Source of the DNA: Candidatus Levyibacteriota bacterium
GTDB lineage: Bacteria > Patescibacteriota > Microgenomatia > Levybacterales > UBA12049
DNA: 64,000 nt
Assembly: GCA_043823085.1 (NCBI GenBank)
Contig: JBDRBE010000004.1
Coordinates: 69,510 to 133,509, forward strand
Direction of reading: 5' to 3'
Shown here: positions 46,012 through 53,833 of the stretch, in pieces
How positions within the stretch are numbered: position 1 is the stretch's first letter
Layout of the letters: each line of letters starts with the position of its first letter
Translations under genes and position numbers: made by a program
The notes under the pieces: generated by a model
Told to the model about the DNA's origin: nothing
The model's database searches: none
Seen by the model: the letters and a program-made list of their open reading frames with translations, nothing else

Positions 46012-47465
46012 GAATGAAAAAAATAAAATTCTTCATATTGATTATAATTTTACTCGGTGCATTCGTTACGCGTTTGTACAGATTTGATGGTCCGATTGCA
46101 GATTGGCATTCTTGGCGCCAGAGCGACACAAGCGCTGTTTCAAGAAATTTTGTAAAATCAGGTTTTGATTTTTTTCACCCCCGTTTTGATGATTTATCAA
46201 ATGTGCCGTCGGGAATTGATAATCCTGATGGTTATCGTTTTGTCGAAGTTCCAATATATAATTTTTTCCAAGCAGGATTATTTAAGACATTTGGTATTTT
46301 TTCACTTGTCCAGTGGGGAAGACTTGTGACGATTTTCTCTTCACTTTTAACAATTATTTTTATTTATCTTATTGTTAAAAAATATCGTGGAGAACAGGCC
46401 GGTCTCTTGTCGGCTTTTTTCTTTGCTTTTTTGCCATTTAATATTTATTTCGGAAGAACAATTTTACCTGATTCTTTAATGGTGATGGCAATACTTGGCG
46501 GAATTTATTTTTTTGATAAATGGCTCGAAGAAATCTCAAATCTTAAATCTCAAATCTTTTTTATTCTCTCGGTAATTTTCACTGCATCTGCGTTTTTACT
46601 AAAACCATACGCTTTATTTTTTACACTTCCGATGATTTATCTGGTTTGGAAAAATTTTGGAATTAAAACAATTTTAAAATGGCAATTATGGATTTTTTTA
46701 ATTTTATCAATTGTTCCTTTGGTTTTTTGGCGGGCATGGATGATGCAATATCCGCAAGGTATTCCTCAAAGCACATGGCTTTTTAACGGCGGAGATATTC
46801 GTTTTAAAGGCGCCTTTTTTCAATGGATTTTTGGAGATAGAATAGGAAGACTAATTCTTGGATATTGGGGATTGCCATTATTAATACTAGGAATAATTGC
46901 CAAAGCAAAAAATAAAATTGCAAAAAACGGATTAATTTTCTTTCTTTCTTTTATTGCCTCATCTCTCTTATATATTTTTGTTATTGCCAGAGGCAATGTT
47001 CAGCATGACTATTATCAAATTTTAATCATGCCGACAGTTGCTATTTTTTTGGGTCTTGGCGGCGAATTTTTATTAACAGCGCCGCGCGAGTATTTCCATA
47101 AATCTATTTGCTATTTGCTATTTGTTATTTGCTCGATTTTTATGTTTTCTTTTAGCTGGTTTGTTGTTCGAGACTATTTTAATATTAATAACCCCTCAAT
47201 AGTTATTGCAGGAAAGGCAGTTGACGAGTTAACAGAAAAAAATGCAAAAATTATTGCGCCTTATGACGGAGACACGTCATTTCTTTATCAGACCAACAGA
47301 GCCGGTTGGGCAAGTTTTGAAAAGTCACTTCCCGAAATGGTAGAATTAGGTGCGGATTATCTGGTTTTAGTTAATCCAGCTCCAAACGATTATAATATTG
47401 GCAAAACTTACAAAATCGTTTCGGCAAAAAAAGAATATATTTTATTTAATCTTCACAATTTATGA
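46008..47465 (+). CDS. GT-C glycosyltransferase of the ArnT/PMT family (COG1807-like)
   Basis: TRLYRFDGPIADWHSWRQSDT first-loop signature and about 12 TM helices. Contains imperfect (AAATCTY)4 and (CTATTTG)3-4. Confidence 0.65.
   Translation: MRMKKIKFFILIIILLGAFVTRLYRFDGPIADWHSWRQSDTSAVSRNFVKSGFDFFHPRFDDLSNVPSGIDNPDGYRFVEVPIYNFFQAGLFKTFGIFSLVQWGRLVTIFSSLLTIIFIYLIVKKYRGEQAGLLSAFFFAFLPFNIYFGRTILPDSLMVMAILGGIYFFDKWLEEISNLKSQIFFILSVIFTASAFLLKPYALFFTLPMIYLVWKNFGIKTILKWQLWIFLILSIVPLVFWRAWMMQYPQGIPQSTWLFNGGDIRFKGAFFQWIFGDRIGRLILGYWGLPLLILGIIAKAKNKIAKNGLIFFLSFIASSLLYIFVIARGNVQHDYYQILIMPTVAIFLGLGGEFLLTAPREYFHKSICYLLFVICSIFMFSFSWFVVRDYFNINNPSIVIAGKAVDELTEKNAKIIAPYDGDTSFLYQTNRAGWASFEKSLPEMVELGADYLVLVNPAPNDYNIGKTYKIVSAKKEYILFNLHNL
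46531..46558 (+). repeat. Tandem heptamer (AAATCTC/AAATCTT)x4
   Basis: Read directly. Encodes EISNLKSQIF. Confidence 0.8.
47104..47131 (+). repeat. Tandem heptamer (CTATTTG)x3 plus TTATTTG
   Basis: Read directly. Encodes SICYLLFVIC within a TM region. Confidence 0.85.
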
Positions 47466-48676
47466 AGATATTAGTTGTTTCATCCTATCTGCCTTTTCCT
47501 CTTTTTTCGGGCGGCCACGTTCGCCTATATAATATTTTAAAAAAACTTTCTAAAAATAATGAGATAACTTTAGTTTGCGAGAGAAGAGATTATCAAAAAG
47601 AACAGGATATTTTGGAGGTTAAAAAGTTTTGCAAAGAGATTTTTACAGTTGAAAAACAAAAGCAATGGTCATTAAAAAATATCATTAAATCAATATTTTC
47701 ATTATCCTCGTTTCTCTTGGTTGGTCACACAAGCGAAGCCATAAATGAAAAAATAACAGAGTTGTTAAATAAAGAAAAGTTTGATCTAATTCACGTTGAA
47801 ACCTTTTATGTTATGCAAAATCTACCAAATCCGCCAGCTCGCGGATTACCGATAGTTTTGGTTGAACATAATATTGAATATCTTGTTTATTCGCGTTTTG
47901 CAAATTCTATGCCATTTTTTATCAGACCTTTTTTATATCTTGATATTTTAAAACTTAAATATTGGGAAAAACATTTTTGGCAAAAAGCAACGAAACTTGT
48001 CGCGGTTTCCGAAAGTGAAAAGAAATTAATGAAAAGAAACGATGCGGTTGTGGTGCAAAATGGTGTTGATAAGGAAAGTTTTAAGATGGAATCTGCCGGA
48101 TGGCGCACAAAATTCAAGGCTCAAAAAAAGATTTTATTTATCGGCGATTTTAAATGGTTGCAGAATAGGGATTCGGTAGAATGGATTTTAAAAGAAATTT
48201 GGCCAAAAGTTCAATTAAAAATAAAAGAACAAAAATTAGATATCAATTTGAAATTATGGATAGTGGGGAGAGAAATTCCCGATTCAATTAAAAAATTATC
48301 AGATGATAAAAATGTTGCTTTTGATGAGAATGCGCCTAAAGTTACGCCGGAAATATTTCGGCAGTCAGATATTTTACTTTCGCCAATTAGAGTTGGAGGG
48401 GGAACAAGTTATAAAATACTAGAAGCCATGGCATCGGGTGTTCCGGTTATTACGACAAGTCTTGGAATTGAAGGAATTGATGCGGGACATTTAAAAGAAG
48501 TATTAATTGCGGATAATGCGGAAGATATAGTTGATTTAATAATTGATATTGTTGGAAACGATTCGGCTTTTGAAAAAATTGCTCATAATGCAAGAAAATT
48601 GGTTGAAGAAAAATATGATTGGGAACCGATTGTCAAAAAGTTGGAAGAAGTATATAAGTCGGCATTAAGAAAATGA
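47462..48676 (+). CDS. Glycosyltransferase family 4 (GT-B)
   Basis: MKILVVSSYLPFPLFSGGHVRLYNILKKL and a C-terminal SYKILEAMASGVPVITT region. Confidence 0.7.
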   Translation: MKILVVSSYLPFPLFSGGHVRLYNILKKLSKNNEITLVCERRDYQKEQDILEVKKFCKEIFTVEKQKQWSLKNIIKSIFSLSSFLLVGHTSEAINEKITELLNKEKFDLIHVETFYVMQNLPNPPARGLPIVLVEHNIEYLVYSRFANSMPFFIRPFLYLDILKLKYWEKHFWQKATKLVAVSESEKKLMKRNDAVVVQNGVDKESFKMESAGWRTKFKAQKKILFIGDFKWLQNRDSVEWILKEIWPKVQLKIKEQKLDINLKLWIVGREIPDSIKKLSDDKNVAFDENAPKVTPEIFRQSDILLSPIRVGGGTSYKILEAMASGVPVITTSLGIEGIDAGHLKEVLIADNAEDIVDLIIDIVGNDSAFEKIAHNARKLVEEKYDWEPIVKKLEEVYKSALRK

Positions 48677-49560
48677 TAGATTTATCAATAATTATTGTAA
48701 GTTATAATACAAAATCTTTCTTGAAAAATTGTATCTCATCAGCGTTCAATCAAAGACCAAAAGGATTAAATATGGAAGTTATTGTAGTTGATAATGGTTC
48801 AACAGATGGCTCGGTGCAGTTATTAGAGAATGAATTTCCAAATATAAAATTAATTAAAAATAAAGAAAATTTTGGATTTTCAAAAGCGAATAATATTGGT
48901 GTAAAAAAAGCAGAGGGACGATATTTGCTTTTCTTAAACTCCGATACGGTTATTTACGAAAAAGTTTTTGAAACGATGGTTAAATTTATGGATGAGCATA
49001 AAGACGCTGGGGCGGCTACATGCAAAGTTATTTTGCCAAGCGGATTACTTGACGATGCTTCTCACAGGGGTTTTCCTACTCCTTGGAATTCCTTTTCTCA
49101 TTTTTCTAACCTTTCAAAAATATTTCCGAAAACAAAAATATTCGGCGGTTACAATTTGTCATGGATGAATCTAGAAAAAACTCACCAAATTGATGCTTGC
49201 TGCGGTGCTTTTATAATTGTAAGACGTAAAGCGGGAGATGAAATTGAATGGTGGGATGAAGATTATTTTTGGTATGGTGAAGATCTTGACTTTTGTTATA
49301 AATTGAAAGAAAAAGGGTGGAAAGTTTATTTTGTACCCCAAGTTTCAGTCCTTCACTACAAAGGCGTTTCCGGCGGGATAAAAAGTATTTCAAAGCATTT
49401 GACAAATGCTACTAAAGAAACAAAAATAAAAGCAACAAAAGCCCGTTTCCAAGCAATGAGAATTTTTTATAAAAAGCACTATGAAAAAGTTTATCCAAAA
49501 ATAGTCTCCAATCTTGTCTCCTTGGGAATTTCCTTAAAAGAAAAATCAGTTCTTCAATAG
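48673..49560 (+). CDS. Family 2 glycosyltransferase (GT-A)
   Basis: LSIIIVSYNTKSFLKNCISS...VVDNGSTDGS and LFLNSDTVI. Confidence 0.7.
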   Translation: MIDLSIIIVSYNTKSFLKNCISSAFNQRPKGLNMEVIVVDNGSTDGSVQLLENEFPNIKLIKNKENFGFSKANNIGVKKAEGRYLLFLNSDTVIYEKVFETMVKFMDEHKDAGAATCKVILPSGLLDDASHRGFPTPWNSFSHFSNLSKIFPKTKIFGGYNLSWMNLEKTHQIDACCGAFIIVRRKAGDEIEWWDEDYFWYGEDLDFCYKLKEKGWKVYFVPQVSVLHYKGVSGGIKSISKHLTNATKETKIKATKARFQAMRIFYKKHYEKVYPKIVSNLVSLGISLKEKSVLQ

Positions 49561-49605
49561 CGTCAACGGTTTGTTTAGATTTGTTTTATCCGTTATAATC
49601 TTTGT

Positions 49606-50781
49606 ATGAGAATTGGAATTGACTGCCGTCTTTGGAATGAGTCGGGAGTGGGCCGCTATATCAGAAATCTTATTAAAAACTTACTTATTCAGGACAGTAA
49701 AAATAGTTATGTGTTGTTTGTCAATAGTTTAGATAGTGAAAATATCAAATATCAAATATCAAATATCAAATATGCAAATAAAAATTTAAAAATAATAACG
49801 ACCGACATAAGATGGCATTCTTTCAAAGAGCAATTAATTTTTCCGTCGATTTTAAATAAAGAGAATCTGGATTTGGTTCATTTTCCTTATTTTTCAGTTC
49901 CGATTTTTTATAATAAACCCTTTGTCGTAACAATTCACGATTTAATCATTAACCATTTTTCAACCGGTCTCGCCTCAACTCTATCAGCTCCTTTATATCA
50001 ATTAAAACTTCTTGGTTATAAATTTGTAATTTCACAGGCCGTAAAAAAAGCGAAAAAAGTTATTACTGTTTCAAATACTACAAAAGATGAAATTATCGAT
50101 CACTTTGGGGTCGATGATAAGAAGGTTATTGTGACGTACGAAGGCGTCGATAAGCAAAAATCAAAAATCAAAAATCAAAAATCAAAGATAGATAAACCAT
50201 ATTTTCTGTATGTTGGAAATGCATATCCGCATAAGAACCTCGAAAGATTACTTGAAGCATTTTGTTTATTTTGTCATCCTGAACTTGTTTCAGGATCTCA
50301 ATTGAACCGAGATTCTGACCTTCGTCAAAATGACACGAAATTAATTTTCGTTGGGAAGAATGATTATTTCTACGAAAGGCTAAAAAAGAGGGTTAATGAA
50401 ATGGGATTAAAGGATTCAGTTATTTTTTATGGGGAGGTAAGCGATGAAGAGTTAGTTTACCTTTACAAAAATGCAAAAGCTTTAGTTTTACCCTCTTTAA
50501 TGGAAGGGTTTGGTTTGCCGGCCCTTGAGGCAATGAGTTTGGGATGTTTAGTTTTGGCATCGGATATTCCTAGCTTTCGAGAAATTTGCCAGGACGCGGC
50601 AATTTATTTTAATCCTAACAATGTTAATGATCTGGCAAAAAAACTGAAAGAAATTTGCTTTAATGATTTAAATCATTTCAGCGATTTTATAAAGAAAGGA
50701 CGTGAAAGGGCAAGTTCATTTTCCTGGGGGAAAATGACCAAAAAAACTCTAGAAGTTTATGAAAGTTGCGGTAGTTTATGA
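49606..50781 (+). CDS. Glycosyltransferase family 4 (GT-B)
   Basis: MRIGIDCRLWNESGVGRYIRNL and MEGFGLPALEAMS. Carries (AAATATC)4-5 and (AAAAATC)4 at the same relative positions as the 40194 paralog. Confidence 0.75.
   Translation: MRIGIDCRLWNESGVGRYIRNLIKNLLIQDSKNSYVLFVNSLDSENIKYQISNIKYANKNLKIITTDIRWHSFKEQLIFPSILNKENLDLVHFPYFSVPIFYNKPFVVTIHDLIINHFSTGLASTLSAPLYQLKLLGYKFVISQAVKKAKKVITVSNTTKDEIIDHFGVDDKKVIVTYEGVDKQKSKIKNQKSKIDKPYFLYVGNAYPHKNLERLLEAFCLFCHPELVSGSQLNRDSDLRQNDTKLIFVGKNDYFYERLKKRVNEMGLKDSVIFYGEVSDEELVYLYKNAKALVLPSLMEGFGLPALEAMSLGCLVLASDIPSFREICQDAAIYFNPNNVNDLAKKLKEICFNDLNHFSDFIKKGRERASSFSWGKMTKKTLEVYESCGSL
49740..49774 (+). repeat. Tandem heptamer (AAATATC)x4 perfect, plus AAATATG
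   Basis: Read directly. Encodes NIKYQISNIKYAN. Confidence 0.9.
50156..50183 (+). repeat. Tandem heptamer (AAAAATC)x4 perfect
   Basis: Read directly. Encodes DKQKSKIKNQKSKID. Confidence 0.9.
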
Positions 50782-51943
50782 CAGAGTTAATAAGTGGGGA
50801 GGGGCCGAGAGGGTGCTTTTGGCACTTCATGAGTTATTTCCGGAAGCGCCGCTTTATACTTCTGTTTATAATTCAAAGACCGCACCTTGGGCAAAAGTTT
50901 TTCCAAAAGTAATTTTTTCATTTCTTCAAAAATTTCCATTTGCTACGCGTCATGAACTGTATGTCATGTTAATGCCTTTGGCTTTTGAAAAATTTTCCGC
51001 CAAAGGCGGATTCGATGAATTTGACTTGGTAATTTCGGTGACAAGTGAGGCGGCAAAAGGAATTATCACAAAAGAAGGAACTTTTCATCTTTGTTATTGT
51101 TTGACTCCGACTCGCTATCTCTGGAGCGGATATGAGGAATATTTTAAGAATTCATTGTTAAGATTTTTAGCAAAACCCGCAGTTTTTTATTTGCGAAGAT
51201 GGGATAAAATCGCAGCAAAAAGGCCGGATGCATATGTTGCGATTTCGAAAGAAGTGCAAAAAAGAATTAAAAAATATTATAAAAGGGAATCCACAGTAAT
51301 TTATCCTCCGTTAGCATTGCTTGGCGCTGAGGTCGTCCTTGCGGGTCCTGCCGCTCGTCAGCCCCACGCGTTTCCCACTGCGCTAACAAGCGCGGGGCCC
51401 CCGCGTGGTGCCCCCCGACTCGCGTCACCCGCAATGGACTCCCCGCGCCATAGCTATTTTCTTATTGTTTCAAGGCTAGTTCCGTACAAAAGGATTGATA
51501 TCGCAGTTGAGGCTTTTAACGAACTTGGTTTGCCGCTTAAAATTATTGGAATAGGATCTCAAGAAGCTAAATTAAAAAGAATGGCAAAAAGGAATATAGA
51601 ATTTTTAGGCAACTTGACGGATATAGAGCTCGTAAGCTATTATAAAAATTGTCGTGCTCTAATTTTTCCGGGGATTGAAGATTTTGGGCTGACGATAATT
51701 GAAGCGCAGAGTTTTGGAAAACCGGTCATTGCTTTTGCAAGTGGCGGAGCACGAGAAATAATAGTTGAGGGAAAAACCGGAGAATTTTTCTTCCCTCAAA
51801 CAAAAGCAGCGCTTGTTAAGAAACTAAAAGGGTTTCGCGATGATAAATACAAGGGTGAGGACTGTCTGAATCAGGCAAATAAATTTAATAAAAAAATTTT
51901 CAAAGAAAGAATATTGAAATTTATTAAGAGTAAGATAAAATAA
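50759..51943 (+). CDS. Glycosyltransferase family 4 (GT-B) carrying an in-frame GC-rich palindromic insertion
   Basis: MKVAVVYDRVNKWGGAERVL and ..YFLIVSRLVPYKRIDIAVEAF..GIEDFGLTIIEAQSFGKPVI. A roughly 45-aa Ala/Pro/Arg-rich segment replaces the usual short interdomain linker. Confidence 0.7.
   Translation: MKVAVVYDRVNKWGGAERVLLALHELFPEAPLYTSVYNSKTAPWAKVFPKVIFSFLQKFPFATRHELYVMLMPLAFEKFSAKGGFDEFDLVISVTSEAAKGIITKEGTFHLCYCLTPTRYLWSGYEEYFKNSLLRFLAKPAVFYLRRWDKIAAKRPDAYVAISKEVQKRIKKYYKRESTVIYPPLALLGAEVVLAGPAARQPHAFPTALTSAGPPRGAPRLASPAMDSPRHSYFLIVSRLVPYKRIDIAVEAFNELGLPLKIIGIGSQEAKLKRMAKRNIEFLGNLTDIELVSYYKNCRALIFPGIEDFGLTIIEAQSFGKPVIAFASGGAREIIVEGKTGEFFFPQTKAALVKKLKGFRDDKYKGEDCLNQANKFNKKIFKERILKFIKSKIK
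51321..51450 (+). repeat. GC-rich palindromic element (about 130 nt) inserted in-frame inside the GT4 gene
   Basis: Sharp local GC jump in an AT-rich gene. Nested inverted repeats ccacgcg/cgcgtgg, gcgcTAACAAgcgc and gcggggCccccgc. Confidence 0.6.
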
Positions 51944-51944
51944 C

Positions 51945-52026
51945 TCATTGTTCAATTGTTTCATTGCTTCATTGTTGGATAACTTAGGGATTTTAACAAT
52001 GGAACAATTTTAACAATGCAACAATC
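51945..52026. promoter_or_regulatory. Intergenic array of inverted heptamer repeats (CATTGTT x3-4 on the left, AACAATG x3-4 on the right) upstream of the manC-like gene
   Basis: ctCATTGTTCAATTGTTtCATTGcttCATTGTTgg ... ttAACAATGgAACAATTttAACAATGcAACAATc read directly. Confidence 0.5.
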
Positions 52027-52034
52027 ATACGTTT

Positions 52035-53117
52035 ATGAAAGTTATAATTTTTGCAGGAGGTGTCGGAACCAGGCTTTGGCCTTTATCAAGAAAGCATACG
52101 CCAAAGCAATTTGAAAAAATAATTGGAAATAAGTCAACGCTACAGCTTGCAGTCGATAGGGTTAAGCCGATTTTTAAGCTTTCGGATATTTTTATTTCTT
52201 CAGGACTTGAATATAAAAAAATAATTCAGGATCAGATTCCCGAAATTCCCAAAAAGAATTTTATTTTAGAGCCGGAAATGAGAGACGTCGGGGCGGCAGT
52301 TGGCTTGGTGGCGGCTATTTTCTCGAAAATTGCCAAAGATGAACCTTTTATAATACTTTGGAGCGACCATTTGGTTAAAAATGAGGATCTTTTTAGAGAT
52401 CATTTAAAAGTTATTGGAAAAATTCTTGAAAAAGACAGTAATAAAATTGTTTTTATGGGGCAAAGATCGCGTTTTGCCAGTCAAAATCTTGGGTGGATCG
52501 AATTTGGAGATAAAGTTGATAGTATTGACGGCGTTTCGGTTTTTGGTTTTAAAAGTCTTCATTACAGGCCAGACATAGAAAACGCCCAGCAGTTCCATAA
52601 GAGCGAGCAACATGTTTGGAACCCCGGATATTTTGGTACAACACCTTCTTTTCTTCTTTCTTTATATAAAAAACACGCGCCGCTAATGTATGAAGGACTT
52701 TTGCAAATTCAAAAGACATGGGAAACACCATATTTTGAAAAAAAGATGCAGGAAATTTATCCAAGTCTTGAAAAATTATCTTTTGACAATTTAATTCTTG
52801 AAAAACTTGAAGCAAAAGACGGATTGGTTGTGGGAGCGGACTTGGGTTGGAGCGACGTAGGAGCCTGGGAATCATTAAAAGAGGCATTGTCGGAAAATGA
52901 AGAGGAAAATGTGACAAGAGGAAATGTTTTAATCCGCGATTCAAAAGACAGCCTTATTTTTAATTATGCAGATCAAATGGTTGTGGGAATAGACCTTTCG
53001 GAAATTCTTATAATTAATACCGAAGACGTTGTTTTGGTTTGTCCTAAAAAATCCGTGCCAAAGATTAAAAAAGTGGTTGAAAATTTAGCGGGTACGCCGC
53101 ATGAACATCTTGCTTAA
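52035..53117 (+). CDS. manC: Mannose-1-phosphate guanylyltransferase-like sugar nucleotidyltransferase
   Basis: MKVIIFAGGVGTRLWPLSRKHTPKQF is a canonical ManC/CpsB N-terminus. 360 aa. Confidence 0.7.
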   Translation: MKVIIFAGGVGTRLWPLSRKHTPKQFEKIIGNKSTLQLAVDRVKPIFKLSDIFISSGLEYKKIIQDQIPEIPKKNFILEPEMRDVGAAVGLVAAIFSKIAKDEPFIILWSDHLVKNEDLFRDHLKVIGKILEKDSNKIVFMGQRSRFASQNLGWIEFGDKVDSIDGVSVFGFKSLHYRPDIENAQQFHKSEQHVWNPGYFGTTPSFLLSLYKKHAPLMYEGLLQIQKTWETPYFEKKMQEIYPSLEKLSFDNLILEKLEAKDGLVVGADLGWSDVGAWESLKEALSENEEENVTRGNVLIRDSKDSLIFNYADQMVVGIDLSEILIINTEDVVLVCPKKSVPKIKKVVENLAGTPHEHLA

Positions 53118-53120
53118 TTT

Positions 53121-53786
53121 ATGCCTTATAAAGAAGTTAAAAAAAGCGCATTTTATGAAATTGTAAAAAGGATATTGGATATTCTTTTTTCTTTTTTCCT
53201 GCTTTTGCTTTTCTCGCCTCTAATTATTATTATTTCGATTTTGATAAAACTTGATTCAAGCGGACCAATTCTGGCTGATACTCCGGAAAGAGTCGGAAAA
53301 AACGGAATACTTTTTAAAATGTTTAAATTTCGTTCAATGATTCAAAATGCCCATGAAATTTTGCGGGAAAATCCAAAGTTCTCAAAGCTTTTTAATACAT
53401 ACAAGAAAGGAAGCTATAAATTAAGAGATGACCCAAGAATTACAAGAATTGGGCATTTTATTAGAAAACATTCTTTGGATGAGGTTCCACAACTATTGAA
53501 TGTTTTAAGGGGAGAAATGAGCTTAGTTGGTCCCAGGGCTTATTATCCGGATGAACTTCGCGAACAGCAGAAAAAATATCCCGATACAAAAGAATGCGTA
53601 AAAATTGTGTTATCTGTAAAACCGGGAATAACAGGATTTTGGCAGGTTTCCGGAAGAAGCGAAATTAATTTTGATAAGCGTATTGAAATGGATGCGAATT
53701 ATGTTAAAAAAAGGTGCATTCTTTATGATTTTTGGATTATTATTAAAACTCCTTGGGCCATGGTTTATGGAAAAGGAGCGTTATAA
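53121..53786 (+). CDS. Polyprenyl-phosphate sugar phosphotransferase (PglC/WbaP-C-terminal-type initiating phosphoglycosyltransferase)
   Basis: One N-terminal TM, KMFKFRSM, and LDEVPQLLNVLRGEMSLVGPRA, the bacterial sugar transferase signature. Confidence 0.8.
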   Translation: MPYKEVKKSAFYEIVKRILDILFSFFLLLLFSPLIIIISILIKLDSSGPILADTPERVGKNGILFKMFKFRSMIQNAHEILRENPKFSKLFNTYKKGSYKLRDDPRITRIGHFIRKHSLDEVPQLLNVLRGEMSLVGPRAYYPDELREQQKKYPDTKECVKIVLSVKPGITGFWQVSGRSEINFDKRIEMDANYVKKRCILYDFWIIIKTPWAMVYGKGAL

Positions 53787-53833
53787 GAGTTTAAAGACTT
53801 GCTTTTTTGCTTTTTATTGCCTATCATTTAATA

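Noticed and set aside
38237-50183. Heptamer tandem arrays as a possible CRISPR array
   Set aside because: Units are 7 nt with no spacers. They are inside coding sequences and scattered, which is not CRISPR architecture.
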